Below are positions 61,938 through 64,000 of a stretch of 64,000 nucleotides of DNA, piece by piece. Source of the stretch: Nannocystales bacterium (GTDB taxonomy: Bacteria; Myxococcota_A; Polyangia; Nannocystales; Nannocystaceae); the NCBI GenBank assembly GCA_050633305.1, contig JBOEGF010000022.1:96001-160000 (forward strand), read 5' to 3'. Each line of letters opens with the position of its first letter. The first letter of the stretch is position 1. The notes below the pieces were generated by a model. It was not told the origin of the DNA and ran no database searches. It saw nothing but the letters and a program-made list of their open reading frames with translations. A program made the translations under genes and the position numbers.

Positions 61938-62034
61938 ACTCGCGGCGCCGAATGGCCCCACCTCGGCGCCGGGACCGTTCTTTTTGTCGTAGGGCGCTCA
62001 ACCCCCGCGTTGCAAACCTGCTATAGCCCCGGCC

Positions 62035-63375
62035 GTGGAGCGGCTCAGAACGTCCCAGATCTGGGCCGCGTGGTGGCCGCTGGCCGCGAGCTGGTTGCTG
62101 ATGGGGATCGAGCAGCCAGCCATCGCGGCGGTCATCGCTCGGCTGCCCGACACCAAGGTCCAGCTGGCGGCCTACGGCAGCGTGGTGTTCCCGATCGCCC
62201 TGCTGATCGAAGCCCCGATCATCATGCTGCTCGCGGCGTCGACCGAGCTGAGCCGCGATCGGGCCCGATACGCGCAGATGGCTCGCTACACCCGGTTGAT
62301 GGGGATCGGGCTCACCGTCGTTCACATCGTGGCGGCCGCGACACCGGCCGGTCCGTGGTTCATCGAGGCCGCGCTCTCGGTACCGCCCGAGGTCGCGGAG
62401 GCGTCCAGGCCAGGGCTGTGGCTGATGATCCCGTGGTCGTGGGCGATCGCGTCGCGCCGGACCGGGCAGGGGCTGTTGATTCGGACCGGGAAGAGTCGCG
62501 TCGTGGGACTCGCCACGGGCGTGCGGTTGGGGGTGTCCTCGACAGTGCTTCTCACCGGCGTGCTCACCCAGTCGGCCTCGGGCGTCGAGATTGGCGCGGC
62601 CGCGTTGTCCATCGGTGTGCTCAGCGAAGCCGCGTTCGTTCACGGCTTCGTGCGTCGGGTTGTCGCGACCCAGCTCCCTGCGACGTCCGATGCTCCGCCC
62701 CTGAGCGGGGCTGGGTTCTTGTCGTTCTATGTACCCCTGGCCCTGACCCCCGTGGTCATCTTGGTGATTCAACCGATCGGGACGGCCGCGATCAGTCGGA
62801 TGCCCGAGGTGCTCGGGTCCCTTGCGGTCTGGCCGGTCGTGGTGGGGCTTGGGTTCGTCTTGCAGAGTGTGGGCTTGGCCTTCAACGAGGTCGTGGTCGC
62901 GTTGGTGGGTCGTCCGGGAGCTCGGGAGCTGCTGTGGCGGTTCGCGTGGCGCTTGGCACTGACACTCACTGCGATCTGGCTGGCGTTCTCGATGTCGCCG
63001 CTGGCCTCATTGTGGTTCGAGCATGTCGCGAATCTCCCCTCCGACCTGGTCGAGCCTGCGCTCTTGGGGCTGCTCTTCGCCTCGCCGCAGCCCGCATCGC
63101 GTGTGTTGCAGAGCTGGTTTCAGGGCCTCCTGGTCTCTGAGCATCGGACGCGCCCGATCACCGAGGCCGTTGTCGTGTTCGGCCTGGCGTGCGGCGCGGT
63201 GTTCGTCGTCGGTGTCGCCTGGCAGGGCACCGCGGGGGTCTACATGGCCGTGCTCGGTTTTACCGCGGGGCGCGCGGCGCAAACGGGGTGGCTGTGGTGG
63301 CGATGCCGGGGCTTGCTTGCGGGCGAGGCCACATCCGCAGCGCGGGCGAACCCCGAGCGCGAAGGGGACCGCTAG
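62035..63375 (+). CDS. MATE/MOP-fold exporter, ANKH-like
   Basis: About 12 TM segments in two repeats (WWPLAASW.. / YVPLALTP..), IARL..LAAYG. Confidence 0.7.
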   Translation: MERLRTSQIWAAWWPLAASWLLMGIEQPAIAAVIARLPDTKVQLAAYGSVVFPIALLIEAPIIMLLAASTELSRDRARYAQMARYTRLMGIGLTVVHIVAAATPAGPWFIEAALSVPPEVAEASRPGLWLMIPWSWAIASRRTGQGLLIRTGKSRVVGLATGVRLGVSSTVLLTGVLTQSASGVEIGAAALSIGVLSEAAFVHGFVRRVVATQLPATSDAPPLSGAGFLSFYVPLALTPVVILVIQPIGTAAISRMPEVLGSLAVWPVVVGLGFVLQSVGLAFNEVVVALVGRPGARELLWRFAWRLALTLTAIWLAFSMSPLASLWFEHVANLPSDLVEPALLGLLFASPQPASRVLQSWFQGLLVSEHRTRPITEAVVVFGLACGAVFVVGVAWQGTAGVYMAVLGFTAGRAAQTGWLWWRCRGLLAGEATSAARANPEREGDR

Positions 63376-63844
63376 GCTCAGTCTCGGTTCCGAGGCGATT
63401 CGACCGTCGGCGAGGGGGATTCGGGATCACCTTGGCGACGTCAGACGTCTATCAGCGCCGAGATGAGCACTTGACGCCTCGCGTTCCAAAACAAGAAGCT
63501 CGAACACGAGAAGGCGATCGGGCGCTGCATTGAGCGTGTTCAGTTCGAAGGGAAGCGGGAAGGTGTGAACGTCGCGGGGGCGCTGTCGCGCTGCACCGAG
63601 CGTTTCGCGAAGATCCCCGAAGCGGAGCGGGCGCTCTCGAGGCGACGAAGGCATCGCTGGACGCCTTGGCGACGATGCATGCCTCGCTGCTCGTCGGCTA
63701 CGGGGGATGAGCGCCGAAGCGCGGCTGCGCTAGGTTCAGCAGGATATCAAGGCCAAACTTGACGAGCGGGAGCCCTTCTATGAAAGGTATGGACTGCTCA
63801 TGCAATAGCGGTGGCGCCCTCGACATGGGACGCTCGGCTCGCGG

Positions 63845-64000
63845 ATGACGACCGAATCCAGCCGCCTCGCCGCGCTCATGGCAGAGCAGGCCGAGGCACC
63901 GCGGGACATCGAAGCGCGCGAGCTGCTTGCCGCCGTGCGCCGCAACATGTTTGCGCGAGAGGCCGATTCTCTACGGCTGGGTCGCTATCAGAACCTGACC
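63845..64000 (+). CDS. Probable Ser/Thr kinase N-terminus, truncated by window end (absent from ORF track)
   Basis: MTTESSRL...EARELLAAVRRNMF...LRLGRY, same pattern that precedes the kinase domains at 4244 and 8051. Confidence 0.6.
   Translation, partial: MTTESSRLAALMAEQAEAPRDIEARELLAAVRRNMFAREADSLRLGRYQNLT

Overview
High-GC window that looks like a myxobacterial (Nannocystaceae-like) chromosome, judged from MYXO-CTERM-type tails, Cys-rich lipoproteins and many Ser/Thr kinases and ECF sigma factors. The taxonomy is inferred. I saw no rRNA, tRNA, CRISPR array or intact mobile element. From left to right it holds: an ECF sigma factor convergent with a peptidase/kinase/outer-membrane-protein/kinase operon; tsaE; a 64-aa bacterial histone followed by a hairpin cluster and an App1-like phosphatase; a TetR-GST-cupin operon with a visible operator; a decaying accessory zone (about 15.6-22.5 kb) with tandem paralogues and pseudogenes; a two-component pair, UvrD and surface proteins; a frameshifted diguanylate cyclase; and a heme-protein locus flanked by long non-coding stretches. 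That locus encodes a CxxCH lipoprotein, a MauG-like diheme enzyme, a TPR protein, a His-rich lipoprotein, cytochrome P460 and an atypical IRD kinase. The window ends with a secreted caspase-like protein, an exbB-exbD-tonB-receptor operon and a MATE/ANKH-like exporter. The best leads are the histone locus and the MauG-like/P460/kinase operon. All family calls come from motifs recognised by eye, not from database searches.
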